In this document: positions 39,697-48,523 of the stretch, in pieces | How the letters are laid out: each line of letters starts with the position of its first letter | Position numbering within the stretch: position 1 is the stretch's first letter | DNA from: a virus | DNA: 64,000 nucleotides | IMG/VR virus record: IMGVR_UViG_3300045988_159115 | Strand: one strand, 5' to 3' | Notes under the pieces: model-generated | The model's input: only the letters and a program-made list of their open reading frames with translations | The model's database searches: none | What the model was told of the DNA's origin: nothing | Made by a program: the position numbers and the translations under genes

Positions 39697-41790
39697 TCAG
39701 AATCTAACTATATTCGAGAACTTACCAGTCTTTCGATTGGCTGTCTTGTAGTTTTTACCAACCGTAGGAATATCGACACCGAAGATATCCAGAACGCCCT
39801 TAAAGGGAGCAAGGGTATTACCGATCACCGTCCGTACGTCAATATACGGCTGACACCAATCCGGAATCTTATGACCAGAAGGAATTGCAATAATCTGAAG
39901 ACCCTTATCCGAAATCTGCTTATCGGGAGAATGGAATACGTTTCTCATCAAAGCATCATAAACTTCAGGATAAGTATTCTGCAAATCCTTAATATCATTT
40001 TCCGTAAAAGTGGTAAGCTTTAAGATACTGACTTTCGACGGATACTGAATCTCATCATCCGGATATACAGCGTTCCAAGCAATTGCTCCACGGAAAGCCT
40101 GCTGAGAATACGGATTTGCATATGCTTCTTTTTCTTTTGCAGACGCAAGGGTGAGGTAAGTAATCTCACCATGACGAAGGGAATTCAAAATATCCTCTTC
40201 AAACTTTTTCAGTTCATACAGAATGCCAGACACATCCGGGACAACAGACTCAAGAATATACTGGCGAACGATATTGTCGAATCGCTTATTCGCAGTCTCT
40301 GCTGTACCAGCTTTCATATAATCAAAACCTTTTGTGTCCTGCTTATACGGATGGAACATGTTACCTTCACGAAGTTTCATCGCAGAGATATAGCGCTTTT
40401 TCTTCTTACCAACAACCAGCTTCTGGAAATAGAACTCATTCTTCATATTAAAAATCGGACGATAATCATCCGGGATATAAGAATGGAGTCCATACTCATT
40501 CAGAGTGTGCTGGACGGCAGCAGTGATATAATAAGTCAGTGTGTTAACACAGATAAACTTATTATTTTCAGCGCTTCTACCATAAGAAGAATTCCTGAGA
40601 ATGGTACGATTGCAAAAATTTACCCATTCGTCAATATTCAGAATATTCGAATCCGTATCGACGATGCAAACCGTTCTTCTCATGAAATACTTCAGACGAT
40701 GAATTCGATCAATCGACATGAAGGGAATATAAACGTACTTCATGTAAAGGTCTTTCAGCTTATCCAGAATCTCTTTGATAGAATCCGGAGGAGAATTCGG
40801 ATTCAGGAAGTACTGGATATTCACATACTCATTGTACGTTTTGACCTTATCATGCTCCTGGCCTTTTGTGAACTTTGAACGAAGCTCTTCAGGAATATCC
40901 TCATATTTTTTTGCATACGGAAGATTCTTAACTCCAGCGAAAAGATCATCATAAAGATCAAGAACTTTCTCATGTGCTTCTGTAAACTCGAGGAAGTTAT
41001 TCTTATAATAAATCTTCGTCACATCATCGTCACTGAGATTTGATACCATCTCAATAACGCCATCCTGCCAAGACGCTTCATAAGTATCCTCGTAAAACAT
41101 TCCAAGCAGTCGACTAATAAGCTGAGAATGAGTAACTCGTTTCATCCACTTCGGAATATTATAATCCTGCTTCAGAATTTCGTTGACGTAATGATAGCAT
41201 TCATTATCATCAATGAATTTATAGTTATTCACCAGATATCCCTCAAAGAGAGTCTCTGTGGTAGAAATAACAGACTGTGCTGTTCCAGTAGTCGCAGGGC
41301 CAGACCACTTGGAATAGAATGCAGACTGTGGCATACCAGAGCCACCATAATAGGAGTTTGCCAAGCGCTTCACATTACCCTGAAGACGGTCAAGATCTTT
41401 ATATTCATCAGACTGATCATCTTCAATCTGGAACATTTTCTTCTTAACTGCTTTACGCTCAACGAGGAAGCTGTTAACCATGTCTGCGATCGGGTTAATA
41501 GCTTCCAATTGATTCTTATAAAAAGTAGCATTGCCCGCAACGATGGGGTTCCGTTTCAGCACCCAATCGAGTACCGAGATTGCGCTTGCTTGCTTATGCT
41601 CATGTGTGTAGTTATTATCCAATTCAACATCTGGATTATACATTTGCTCCAGAAGCATTTTATCGAGTACTTCGTCAATTTCGCTCTTTTTCCAATTCGG
41701 ATTAAGACGCTTCATATTGACAATCATTTCTTCTTTCCATCGCTTGATGAAAATACTTTTGGAAAGAGTTTCTTTATTTAATCTTGGCAT
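39697..41790 (-). CDS. family-B DNA polymerase, C-terminal portion (fingers/palm/thumb) as a separate gene
   Basis: Motif B KRLANSYYGGSG (K...NS.YG) near residue 145, motif C IVDTDSN (DTDS), KKKKRY (KKRY primer-contact motif). No exonuclease motifs and no motif A (D..SLYPS). The ATG at 41790 (MPRLNKE) follows AGGAAAGGA. Confidence 0.8.
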   Translation of the reverse strand: MPRLNKETLSKSIFIKRWKEEMIVNMKRLNPNWKKSEIDEVLDKMLLEQMYNPDVELDNNYTHEHKQASAISVLDWVLKRNPIVAGNATFYKNQLEAINPIADMVNSFLVERKAVKKKMFQIEDDQSDEYKDLDRLQGNVKRLANSYYGGSGMPQSAFYSKWSGPATTGTAQSVISTTETLFEGYLVNNYKFIDDNECYHYVNEILKQDYNIPKWMKRVTHSQLISRLLGMFYEDTYEASWQDGVIEMVSNLSDDDVTKIYYKNNFLEFTEAHEKVLDLYDDLFAGVKNLPYAKKYEDIPEELRSKFTKGQEHDKVKTYNEYVNIQYFLNPNSPPDSIKEILDKLKDLYMKYVYIPFMSIDRIHRLKYFMRRTVCIVDTDSNILNIDEWVNFCNRTILRNSSYGRSAENNKFICVNTLTYYITAAVQHTLNEYGLHSYIPDDYRPIFNMKNEFYFQKLVVGKKKKRYISAMKLREGNMFHPYKQDTKGFDYMKAGTAETANKRFDNIVRQYILESVVPDVSGILYELKKFEEDILNSLRHGEITYLTLASAKEKEAYANPYSQQAFRGAIAWNAVYPDDEIQYPSKVSILKLTTFTENDIKDLQNTYPEVYDALMRNVFHSPDKQISDKGLQIIAIPSGHKIPDWCQPYIDVRTVIGNTLAPFKGVLDIFGVDIPTVGKNYKTANRKTGKFSNIVRF

Positions 41791-41877
41791 CTGTATCAGT
41801 CCTTTCCTAAGTATAGATACCATTTTCTTAAACTAAAGTAAACGACAATCTGAATAATCAGTGGCCCTAGAAAGACT

Positions 41878-41901
41878 ACTATAAAAACAGTAGTGTAATG
41901 A
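41878..41901 (+). promoter_or_regulatory. candidate phage promoter, class I
   Basis: Plus-sense CTATAAAAACAGTAGTGTAATGAC, ~45 nt upstream of the ATG at 41941. Confidence 0.45.
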
Positions 41902-41940
41902 CTTAACCGTCTTTACACTAATAAAGAAAGGATGAATCTC

Positions 41941-42603
41941 ATGTCAAAGTTTACTGAACTGATGAGCAAGCCTCTGCAGTCAGCTCTTGGCTCTGATGAC
42001 GCATTTACTCTCGAAGGCTTTGGCTGCGAAGAGGGTGGCGATATCTGTGATCCCAGCGAGCCGTTTGGCACTGACCCCACAACTCCCGTCACTGCTCCCG
42101 ATGCTTCCACTCCTGTTGATCAGGTGAAGGCAAACGTCGCAAAGGCAATGACTTCTTCTGATACAGAGATGCAGGATCCCCCTCCGCTTACTCCCGAGCA
42201 GGATCAGCATGTCGATGATGTCATGACTGCTGTCCTGACTCCTATGCTGCTGAAGGAGAGCATGACTGATGCCGAGTTCACTGAGTTTGTGAACTCCGAT
42301 GAGTTTGATACTCTGCGTGATGAGGGCTTCATGACTGAGCGTACTATCGTGAAGTTCGATAAGCACGCTCGTAAGGCTCAGCTGTATGAGGTCGCTATCC
42401 GTGCATGCGCTATGGAGCATCATGATCCGCTGTGGCGTAAGCTGGAGACTGTCTACAAGATGGAGCGTATCTTGAAGGCTAAACTTCGTATCAAGTATCA
42501 TTCTCAGGCCAACCGCAAGGTCAAGGAGTATCTGCGTAAGGCTCAGAAGTCTAAGTCTGGTATCCTCTCACGGATCGCCAGCAAGTTCTTCCACAAGAAG
42601 TAA
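41941..42603 (+). CDS. hypothetical protein (acidic, Pro/Thr-rich N-terminal half, basic helical C-terminus)
   Basis: The ATG at 41941 (MSKFTELM) has proper spacing from AAAGGA; the ATG at 41932 lies inside the SD. Strong G/C-ending codon preference. Confidence 0.8.
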   Translation: MSKFTELMSKPLQSALGSDDAFTLEGFGCEEGGDICDPSEPFGTDPTTPVTAPDASTPVDQVKANVAKAMTSSDTEMQDPPPLTPEQDQHVDDVMTAVLTPMLLKESMTDAEFTEFVNSDEFDTLRDEGFMTERTIVKFDKHARKAQLYEVAIRACAMEHHDPLWRKLETVYKMERILKAKLRIKYHSQANRKVKEYLRKAQKSKSGILSRIASKFFHKK

Positions 42604-42619
42604 CTTCTATGGAATAATT

Positions 42620-42668
42620 GGAATGAACCGATGTCCGGGTTTAAATTACTCAGACATCGGTTCATTCC
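42620..42668 (+). terminator. intrinsic terminator
   Basis: 16-bp stem ggaatgaaccgatgtc / gacatcggttcattcc, followed by ATGTTTTG. Confidence 0.8.
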
Positions 42669-42725
42669 ATGTTTTGAAAAAAGTAAGGAGAGCACAAAGT
42701 TAAGAGAAAATTTAAGACTAATTAT

Positions 42726-42745
42726 GTTTATATATTATATATTTG
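42726..42745 (+). promoter_or_regulatory. TATATTATAT box (candidate second promoter type)
   Basis: GTTTATATATTATATATTTG lies ~55 nt upstream of the ATG at 42800 and is followed by a 7-bp hairpin at 42752-42780. Confidence 0.3.
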
Positions 42746-42799
42746 TATTAACCAGGCGACATAAAATTTAATGCGCCTGGGTTTAGGAGGTGATTCATT

Positions 42800-43021
42800 A
42801 TGAAGTATGACCAGGCAGTTCTTGATCGAATGGCTGATAGTTATGAAAAGTATCTCTATTTTCTAAAGAGGTACATCGTGCTCGAAGGGCTCGAAGAAAA
42901 GACATACAAAAAGCATGTAAAAAAGATCAAGAAGATGATTAAGCATCTACGTAAGGGAGAGGGAGACAAAGTTCTCATTCCCGAGCGTTATCTTGCTTAT
43001 GTCGAGAAGTACGGAAAGTAA
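42800..43021 (+). CDS. small basic helical protein
   Basis: 73 aa, SD AGGAGGTG. Confidence 0.75.
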   Translation: MKYDQAVLDRMADSYEKYLYFLKRYIVLEGLEEKTYKKHVKKIKKMIKHLRKGEGDKVLIPERYLAYVEKYGK

Positions 43022-43045
43022 AGAAACGCTGATGGAGGACAAATA

Positions 43046-43741
43046 ATGGAAAGGAAAAAGTCGTATAATTTTCCGATTCAACTTGCGTTCCAGGATAAGA
43101 TCTACTCTATTAAGGGTTACATCGCTGATGATACGCAGTATATCGACGGAAAAGGATACATCGACGAAGACGATGGGCAGATTTATATCTGCTCCACGAA
43201 AAAGGACAGTGTCCGTCCTATCATTCCAACAGTCTATGTCATAGACGGGCATATGACGAAGGTTCTCACTCCGAATGAGAAGACAAATGAGATTTTCTCT
43301 GTCGGGCACACCTTCGAAATCACGTTGCCGAAGATTGAGGCAACTACCACAAAGAACGAAGTCTTGTATTCGGAAGAAGCATTGATGGATATGAATGCTG
43401 CAACTTCCGTTTTTCGTCCCATCATCAATGATACGGATGATGGATGGAAAAAATGCATCAAGAAATCAATCCTTGCAAAAGGCCGTGACATCAATTCTTT
43501 GAAGTATATGACCGGAGATAAGTATACGCTCACAAACATGAAGACCGCTTTGAATAACGGTACCCGTATGAGCGTCACCAACTTCTCTAAGTGGTGTGAA
43601 CTTCTCGGTCTTGACTTTGAGATCCGTGTCATGGATAATGGTGCAGACCCTGACTTCCCGCTTAAGAACGATATTGTCTTCAGCAGTGTGACCGGAAAGG
43701 TCTATCTGGAAGGCACTGCTGAAGATCCGAATAAAAAGTGA
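43046..43741 (+). CDS. hypothetical protein, possible C-terminal helix-turn-helix
   Basis: 231 aa, SD GGAGGA. The segment YTLTNMKTALNNGTRMSVTNFSKWCELLGL looks HTH-like (weak). Confidence 0.7.
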   Translation: MERKKSYNFPIQLAFQDKIYSIKGYIADDTQYIDGKGYIDEDDGQIYICSTKKDSVRPIIPTVYVIDGHMTKVLTPNEKTNEIFSVGHTFEITLPKIEATTTKNEVLYSEEALMDMNAATSVFRPIINDTDDGWKKCIKKSILAKGRDINSLKYMTGDKYTLTNMKTALNNGTRMSVTNFSKWCELLGLDFEIRVMDNGADPDFPLKNDIVFSSVTGKVYLEGTAEDPNKK

Positions 43742-43762
43742 AAATATTGGAGGAAATGAAAA

Positions 43763-44590
43763 ATGCTGAAGGTTTATAATGATGGTAAGATGGCTACCGC
43801 TGTTCTCACTGAATGTGAGTATGACGCTATCCTCTACTATTCCAAGCGTCTGACCGATACCCTGAATTCTCAGATTCCTGGTTGCGACAGTTTCAACATC
43901 ATCTTCAACAGCTTCAATTTTGGAAAGCATAGCATCAATCAGGACCTCAGACTCCCTTGCAAGTTCCAGGCAACTGTTATGATCAACGGTGATACCCAGG
44001 AGGATATCATTGCCGCTGAGAATGCAGCAAAGAAGCGTGTGCTCGATGGGTACCATAATGAGATGCGGAAGGCTAAGCTGGTGCTCATCGCCGGCGCTGC
44101 AAAGTATACCGCCAAAGTCATGGGTCGCCTCATTGACATGTCTTATGAGATTGCACCTTGGGACGATGATGAGGAAGATTCTGCGCCACACCTCTTCAAC
44201 GGTATCCCTGCACCGAAGCACCACCACATGGACACGAGTGATAACGATAATGAGAGACGCCCTGTCATTCCTGCGTCGCTGTGTCTCAGCATGCTCTCTC
44301 CGAGCGACTACGATGGTGACACCGTTCCGAGCTTCAATGATCTGGTGAAAGCTGGAGAAGATGCCGTGGAAGACGAAGACGATGATCCCATTGAGGGCGA
44401 CCGTGTGAGTGCTAACAGCAACTTCAGCAGCCGTGAGCCTCTGACCGAGAAGGACGAAGACGATTACACGGATGACGTGGAGCTGACCGATCCCATCCCC
44501 TGCAAGAAGACCTATGAAACTCCGGTGATCATTCCTGTTGATGAAGATGGGAACGATATTCCCGAATCGGATAGTGACAGCATCCTCTAA
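43763..44590 (+). CDS. hypothetical protein with a long acidic disordered C-terminus
   Basis: 275 aa, SD GGAGGA. The last ~130 aa are D/E/P/S-rich. Confidence 0.8.
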   Translation: MLKVYNDGKMATAVLTECEYDAILYYSKRLTDTLNSQIPGCDSFNIIFNSFNFGKHSINQDLRLPCKFQATVMINGDTQEDIIAAENAAKKRVLDGYHNEMRKAKLVLIAGAAKYTAKVMGRLIDMSYEIAPWDDDEEDSAPHLFNGIPAPKHHHMDTSDNDNERRPVIPASLCLSMLSPSDYDGDTVPSFNDLVKAGEDAVEDEDDDPIEGDRVSANSNFSSREPLTEKDEDDYTDDVELTDPIPCKKTYETPVIIPVDEDGNDIPESDSDSIL

Positions 44591-44601
44591 TAAAGAATAA
44601 T

Positions 44602-44649
44602 AATCCTGGTGTAGCATGTGATTTAATGCTACACCAGGATTTCTTTTTT
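44602..44649 (+). terminator. intrinsic terminator
   Basis: 16-bp stem aatcctggtgtagcat / atgctacaccaggatt, followed by TCTTTTTT. Confidence 0.85.
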
Positions 44650-44660
44650 CCCATCCCGCT

Positions 44661-44678
44661 AATGACAGACTACTAAAT
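44661..44678 (+). promoter_or_regulatory. candidate promoter, class II (ATGACA-N6-TAA)
   Basis: AATGACAGACTACTAAAT, ~20 nt upstream of the primase ATG and just after terminator 44602-44649. Confidence 0.3.
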
Positions 44679-44691
44679 AGGAGGTGAAATT

Positions 44692-45720
44692 ATGACAAAT
44701 CGAGAATTTAAAATTGAATTAATTAAGCAGTTAATGGAACGACCCATATTCACACAAAAAGTAAGTGATATCAATATTCGTACTCGATGCCCGTATTGTG
44801 GTGACTCTGTAAAGAACCAGAATACGGGTCATTTTTATATCCGAATATCTCCTAATGATAATCTTCCAATTCTTTATAACTGCTTCCGTTGTCCAGCACA
44901 TGGGATCGTAGATAAAGATGTGCTGGAAGAGTTGGAAATCCAGGATAAAAATCTACTCAACGATGCCGGAAAGGTTGCTAAAACTTCTGATAAGAATGCT
45001 GCAATCAATCCAGATCGTCCAGCAATCATATTCAATTATGAGCTCCCAGAGAATTATGAAGAGAAAAAGATTCGATACATCGAAAATCGACTCGGAAGAA
45101 AATTCACTGAGCAGGACTTAAAAGACTGCAAAGTGATTACTTCTTTACGAGAGTTTCTCTTGAAAAACGATATCCACACGATAACCGTAAAACCTGAAGT
45201 TGCAAACTTCTTAGATAGAGATTTCGTTGGATTCGTTACTTCTACTGGAACTCAAATCCTATTCCGAAGCATTCGGCCCGATACGGAGATTCGCTGGTTT
45301 AAATATTCTCTTATTCTAAACGAAAGTTTAGTAAGGCCATATTATGCAATTTCATCAGCTGTCGATCTATTCACTCCAGATGATATTACGATCAATATTT
45401 CGGAAGGAGTATTTGATTGTATGGGAATCGCATATGGATTGGATGAGATAAAAGAGAATACTTTAAACTTAGCCACATGCGGAAAGTTCTATGGTAATAT
45501 GATGAAAACGATGATGCAAAAAGGATTCGTTGGAAATAACATCATTTACCATATCTATGCAGATAATGATGGAAGCGAAGGAACTGACATTGATTATCTG
45601 AGGAGAACTTTAACGCAATATCTTCCTCTCACAAAAACAATTTACGTCCACTATAATATTCTTGAAAAAGATTGTGGTGTACGACCCGATAGAATCAAAC
45701 TAAAAACATACGAACTATAA
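44692..45720 (+). CDS. DNA primase (Cys4 zinc finger plus Toprim; T4 gp61 / T7 gp4-primase type)
   Basis: CPYCGDS...(27)...CFRCPAHG zinc finger. Toprim glutamate in NISEGVFDCMG and acidic cluster YADNDGSEG. SD AGGAGGTG. Confidence 0.8.
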   Translation: MTNREFKIELIKQLMERPIFTQKVSDINIRTRCPYCGDSVKNQNTGHFYIRISPNDNLPILYNCFRCPAHGIVDKDVLEELEIQDKNLLNDAGKVAKTSDKNAAINPDRPAIIFNYELPENYEEKKIRYIENRLGRKFTEQDLKDCKVITSLREFLLKNDIHTITVKPEVANFLDRDFVGFVTSTGTQILFRSIRPDTEIRWFKYSLILNESLVRPYYAISSAVDLFTPDDITINISEGVFDCMGIAYGLDEIKENTLNLATCGKFYGNMMKTMMQKGFVGNNIIYHIYADNDGSEGTDIDYLRRTLTQYLPLTKTIYVHYNILEKDCGVRPDRIKLKTYEL

Positions 45721-45763
45721 AAGACAGAGATACTCTAATCATAGATGTATCTCTGTCTTTTTT
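45721..45763. terminator. bidirectional terminator between convergent genes
   Basis: Stem aagacagagatac / gtatctctgtctt, followed by TTTTG. Confidence 0.8.
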
Positions 45764-45770
45764 GTAGTCG

Positions 45771-47333
45771 TTAAGCTTTAGCTTGAGCAGCCTTCCAATC
45801 CGTTCTATAAGAACGAATAGTATCTTTGAACTTCGGAACGTCTTGAATCTTAATAACTTTTTCCAGATAAATATTCATGAACCTGCTGAAATAGTCTTCA
45901 GTGTCATCTGCCTTTGCTTTCGAAAGATCAGTAACAAACTTTTCTGGCCAAGAAACTTCCTTGTGCTTATTAATATATTTCAGCATGCATTGCACCATGT
46001 CCATTTTCTTTGGTGAGGTTGCTTTAATAACGGTATCACCGAAATCAATTGTGACAAGGTAAGGTAGCTCGTAGACATAAGTCAACTTATCCGAGTTCGC
46101 ATATGTCGCCTGGATAAGGTCTTTTACATCTTTAGATACTTTTGATTTTTGAGGGAATCCATATAAGGCCCACGCATAAACCTCTCCAACAACGCCATTA
46201 TGCATAGAAGTCCCTTCACTCTGCTTCGCAGATCTCGCGGTCTTAAATGCTGCAAGACCGGTCTTATTCAATACATTATCTCGAATGAGTGGAATACTCG
46301 TAACAGCTTTGTTGACAGATGGAGCGATTTTATTGTTATACGTATCAGAAACGGTATTCCTAACAGTACCAGCAATATCGACTTCACCTTGGGTCGCCTG
46401 CTTTATTAACTCACTTGCGCCAAGTGAGGTAAGTGTGATGCCTGTAATTTTTGCGATAGCTAAAAGAGCTGCTGTATTCTTCTGGTGATACCCACCACAA
46501 TCTCGCATATATTTACGAACATGTGTTTCGATAGAAGAAGTCATCCTCTGAAGAAGATTTGCCTGCTCTTTTACCTTAACTCCTTTTGCGTCTTCCTTAA
46601 ACTTAGCAAGAACTTTATCGGAGTCGGCCTTAACAGCATCCATGTCAAGCTCAATGTCTTTCAGCTCTTTGTCTGAAAAACGGATCGCATCTTCAAGCGC
46701 GAGATTGACGACCTCGGCGTTCTGCTCAATCAGCTTTTCATACTTAGCATTGCACTTATCTATGGATTCTTTGATGTCGTTATACTCGAGAATAATTGAA
46801 GACGTATTATCCCTGTCGGGAACAAATGCGCCAACGATAGGAAGCATTTGCAGTCCATAACTAGCATCGTTATTTGCTTCAACCTTAAGGCGCATTAAAC
46901 GACGTTCAAGCTGAGCCATCTCTTTGATGTAAGCATCAAGTGCCTTCTTGTTCTTTTTTGTACGATAGACCTTAATCTGTTTGCGAGCAGATTCAGGGAG
47001 CTTCTTTGCAGATTTAACAGCCGCCTTGATCTGAGCAAGCTTTTCTTTCTCTTCCTTACTACCAAAGATCTTAATCTTTAGATTACGGAAGAAAAGGCCG
47101 ACGTTATCAATAACTTTCTGAATAAATCCAGAAAGTTTGGAAATCAGATCACTACACGCATTCTCATAAAGAATTGAAGTTTCGTGGTCTGAAATAATAT
47201 GAGAAGCTGCTTCCGTATAGAGTTCAGTAGCTTCTACATGAAATGCGTCAATGTAGGATCGCATCATGTGATCATTTTCCATAGCGATGCATTCACTCTC
47301 TGTGAAGATGATATCCAATTCTGGATAACACAT
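45771..47333 (-). CDS. helical paralog family member G
   Basis: 520 aa, SD AAAGGAG. N-terminus ELDIIFTESECIAMENDHMMRSYIDAF, signature LISKLSGFIQKVIDNVGLFFRNLKIKIFG, hydrophobic segment AALLAIAKITGITLTSLGA. Confidence 0.85.
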   Translation of the reverse strand: MCYPELDIIFTESECIAMENDHMMRSYIDAFHVEATELYTEAASHIISDHETSILYENACSDLISKLSGFIQKVIDNVGLFFRNLKIKIFGSKEEKEKLAQIKAAVKSAKKLPESARKQIKVYRTKKNKKALDAYIKEMAQLERRLMRLKVEANNDASYGLQMLPIVGAFVPDRDNTSSIILEYNDIKESIDKCNAKYEKLIEQNAEVVNLALEDAIRFSDKELKDIELDMDAVKADSDKVLAKFKEDAKGVKVKEQANLLQRMTSSIETHVRKYMRDCGGYHQKNTAALLAIAKITGITLTSLGASELIKQATQGEVDIAGTVRNTVSDTYNNKIAPSVNKAVTSIPLIRDNVLNKTGLAAFKTARSAKQSEGTSMHNGVVGEVYAWALYGFPQKSKVSKDVKDLIQATYANSDKLTYVYELPYLVTIDFGDTVIKATSPKKMDMVQCMLKYINKHKEVSWPEKFVTDLSKAKADDTEDYFSRFMNIYLEKVIKIQDVPKFKDTIRSYRTDWKAAQAKA

Positions 47334-47366
47334 AATTTTTCACTCCTTTACAACGTAGTAACCCTT

Positions 47367-47394
47367 GTAAACTTAGGGAATTGTTTCAGGGTGG
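47367..47394 (-). promoter_or_regulatory. candidate phage promoter, class I
   Basis: Minus-sense CCACCCTGAAACAATTCCCTAAGTTTAC, ~40 nt upstream of the ATG at 47333. Confidence 0.55.
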
Positions 47395-47452
47395 GTACTT
47401 ACATTATATTAATTCTACGAATAATACATAGAGAAAGGAGGTTATCACATTG

Positions 47453-48490
47453 ATGGATAGTTACTTTCTCGAGTTTGACCTTGAATGTGAAAAGGCCGAT
47501 TACCTCTATGAATGTGCTTATGATAAGTTCATGATTGATGTAACGGAAGTTCACAATAAGGTCAAACTTGGGTATTTTAACGAATCATCAAACGATGCAT
47601 CCTTTATGCTTGAGGAAGCTGGAAAGTCGTTCGTTGACTCTATCAAGGCGTTCTTCGGTAAGATTCTTAACGGGATTAAGACTCTCGTTAAGAAAGTTAC
47701 CGGTGCGATCAAGACTAAGTTCAACCAGATCACTGCTTCCGGAAAGCTGAAGAATGTCGAACAGGCTCTTGTCACAAACAAAGAGCTTGCTGGTCAAAAA
47801 ATCAAAATCACCGATCGTGCGAAGTATATCGCCGCATACGATGATTATGTGAAAGCCGCTGTTGCTGGTGTACGCAAGCTTCAGACTACCCAGTATAAAA
47901 ACGCTGATGAATACAAGAAGGCTCAGGATGAACTTTCTGAGAAGCTTCAAGGTATCATCAAGAGTTGGAATCTGGATGGTTCTGACGTACGGCAGTTAAA
48001 CATCGGCATTGCTGATGCTGTAAAGCTCAGTAATAAAGAGATCAAGGATTTCGACAAGAATATGTCCGAAATCCAGGGGAAATGGACAGATACAATTGGC
48101 ATTCTCCAAAAATGTGCTCTCAATGAAGACGATCCTTCTAAGATCGGATTCATTAAGAGCATCACAAACCAATTCAATAGCGTGTCGTCCAAAGCGTACA
48201 ACTATTGTGCGAAGCATCCCGCTCAAATTGTCGCAGCAACCTTAACTGCATCTGCAGCTGCTGCAGGTGGCGTTGCTGTAAATAAAGCATACTGGAAGGG
48301 CGAAGGCCAACAAAGAATCCTTAAGAAAGATAATGAAGAGCGCGCAAAGAGAGGAGAAAAAACTCTCGAGACACCTGCAAAAAACACTTTTTGGGGAAAA
48401 GTAGTTGACGGCGCCCGGGGAATAACTGCAGGCATAAATCAAGCTACTGGCATAAAAGAAGACAATGATTTATGGAGAGATTTAATTTAA
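47453..48490 (+). CDS. helical paralog family member H
   Basis: ATG at 47453 (a TTG at 47450 is also possible) after AAGGAGG. N-terminus YFLEFDLECEKADYLYECAYDKFMIDV, signature SFVDSIKAFFGKILNGIKTLVKKVTGAIKTKF, then AKHPAQIVAATLTASAAAAGGVAV. Confidence 0.85.
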   Translation: MDSYFLEFDLECEKADYLYECAYDKFMIDVTEVHNKVKLGYFNESSNDASFMLEEAGKSFVDSIKAFFGKILNGIKTLVKKVTGAIKTKFNQITASGKLKNVEQALVTNKELAGQKIKITDRAKYIAAYDDYVKAAVAGVRKLQTTQYKNADEYKKAQDELSEKLQGIIKSWNLDGSDVRQLNIGIADAVKLSNKEIKDFDKNMSEIQGKWTDTIGILQKCALNEDDPSKIGFIKSITNQFNSVSSKAYNYCAKHPAQIVAATLTASAAAAGGVAVNKAYWKGEGQQRILKKDNEERAKRGEKTLETPAKNTFWGKVVDGARGITAGINQATGIKEDNDLWRDLI

Positions 48491-48523
48491 TAATCCAAAT
48501 CAATTAAAAAGGAGTAATGCATT

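Noticed and set aside
41932-41940. The ATG at 41932 as the start of the 41932..42603 gene. Likewise the TTG/GTG first codons listed for 10239.., 11292.., 14995.., 30151.., 30895.., 32391.., 51276.., 51689.., 58316.. and 60149...
   Set aside because: These alternative starts lie inside or immediately next to the Shine-Dalgarno sequence. A downstream in-frame ATG with 6-11-nt spacing is present in each case.
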